From: Octopus sinensis
Taxonomy: Eukaryota
NCBI RefSeq assembly: GCF_006345805.1
Contig: NW_021823687.1
Location: forward strand, 1 to 21,618
Direction of reading: 5' to 3'
DNA length: 21,618 nucleotides
A model generated the notes under the pieces. The model made no database searches. It was not told the origin of the DNA and saw only the letters and a list, made by a program, of their open reading frames with translations. Below, piece after piece: positions 20,735-21,618 of the stretch (position 1 is its first letter; the number at the start of each line of letters is the position of its first letter). Position numbers and translations under genes: made by a program.

Positions 20735-21561
20735 AAATCTCTTTCTTTATTACCCACAAGAGGAGACAAACAAGGACAGACAAACGATTAAGTCGCGTAG
20801 ATCGACCCCAGTGCGTAACTGGTACTTATTTAATCGACCCCGAAAGAATGAAAAGCAAAGTCGACCTCGACGGAATTTGAATTCAGAACGTAAAGACAGA
20901 CGAAATACATATTTCTATTCTTTACTACCCACAGGGGCTAACACAGAGAAGAAAAACAAGGACAGACAAAGGGATTAGTCGATACATCGACCCAGTGCGT
21001 AACTGGTATTTAATTTTCGACTCCGAAGGATGAAAGGGAAAGTCGATCTCGGCGGAATTTGAACTCAGAACGTAACGGCAGACGAAATACCGCTAAGCAT
21101 TTCGCCCGGCATGCTAACGTTTAGGCCAACTTTAAATACCTATTTCTTTACTACCCACAAGGGGCTAAACACAGAGAAAACAAACAAGGACAGACAAACG
21201 GATTAAGTCGATTATATCGACCCCAGTGCATAACTGGTACTTATTTAATCGACCCCGAAAGAATGAAAAGCAAAGTGGACCTCGGCGGAATTTGAACTCA
21301 GAACGTAGCGGCAGACGAAATATCTATTTCCATTTCTTTACTACCCACAAGGGGCTAAACACAGAGGGGACAAACAAGGACAGACAAACGAATTAAGTCG
21401 AGTAGATCGACCCCAGTGCGTAACTGGTACTTATTTAATCGACCCCGAAAGAATGAAAGGCAAAGTCGACCTCGGCGGAATTGGAACTCAGAACGTAACG
21501 GCAGACGAAATACGGCTACGCATTTCGCCCGGCGTGTTAACGATTCTGCCAGCTCGCCGCC
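20735..21561 (-). mobile_element. SINE family B tandem array 3: 4 bodies, one terminal head and one internal partial head
   Basis: Bodies end near 20908, 21091, 21324 and 21513. Heads lie at about 21092-21128 and 21514-21561. Flanked by tttcccagtcagc (20722-34) and tttcccagtaagc (21564-76). Confidence 0.92.
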
Positions 21562-21618
21562 TTTTTCCCAGTAAGCGTATCATAACCACTTATTGAAGTT
21601 ATTTTGTTTTATCGTGAA

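Overview
Repeat-saturated eukaryotic DNA with no host gene that I can support. The SINE and LINE repertoire points to an octopodid cephalopod (inference). Contents: three tRNA-derived SINE types (called A, about 400 bp with an internal microsatellite; B, about 230-270 bp; D, about 385 bp), decayed R4/Dong-clade and Tx1/L1-clade LINE fragments, a Penelope-type terminal fragment with a minimal hammerhead-like motif, a Buster/Charlie-type hAT element with a nested hAT MITE, and long simple repeats. Nearly all listed ORFs are low-complexity artefacts. The most unusual signals are: (1) three SINE-B arrays built as one head plus 3-6 bodies that restart at the same nucleotide, two of them inside a single target-site duplication (TSD); (2) a TSD-flanked B-head/A-tail chimeric SINE; (3) the hammerhead-like motif nested in a SINE microsatellite; (4) a chain of Dong-type 3' ends inserted into one another's (AAT)n tails. 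All family names come from motif recognition by eye, not from database searches.
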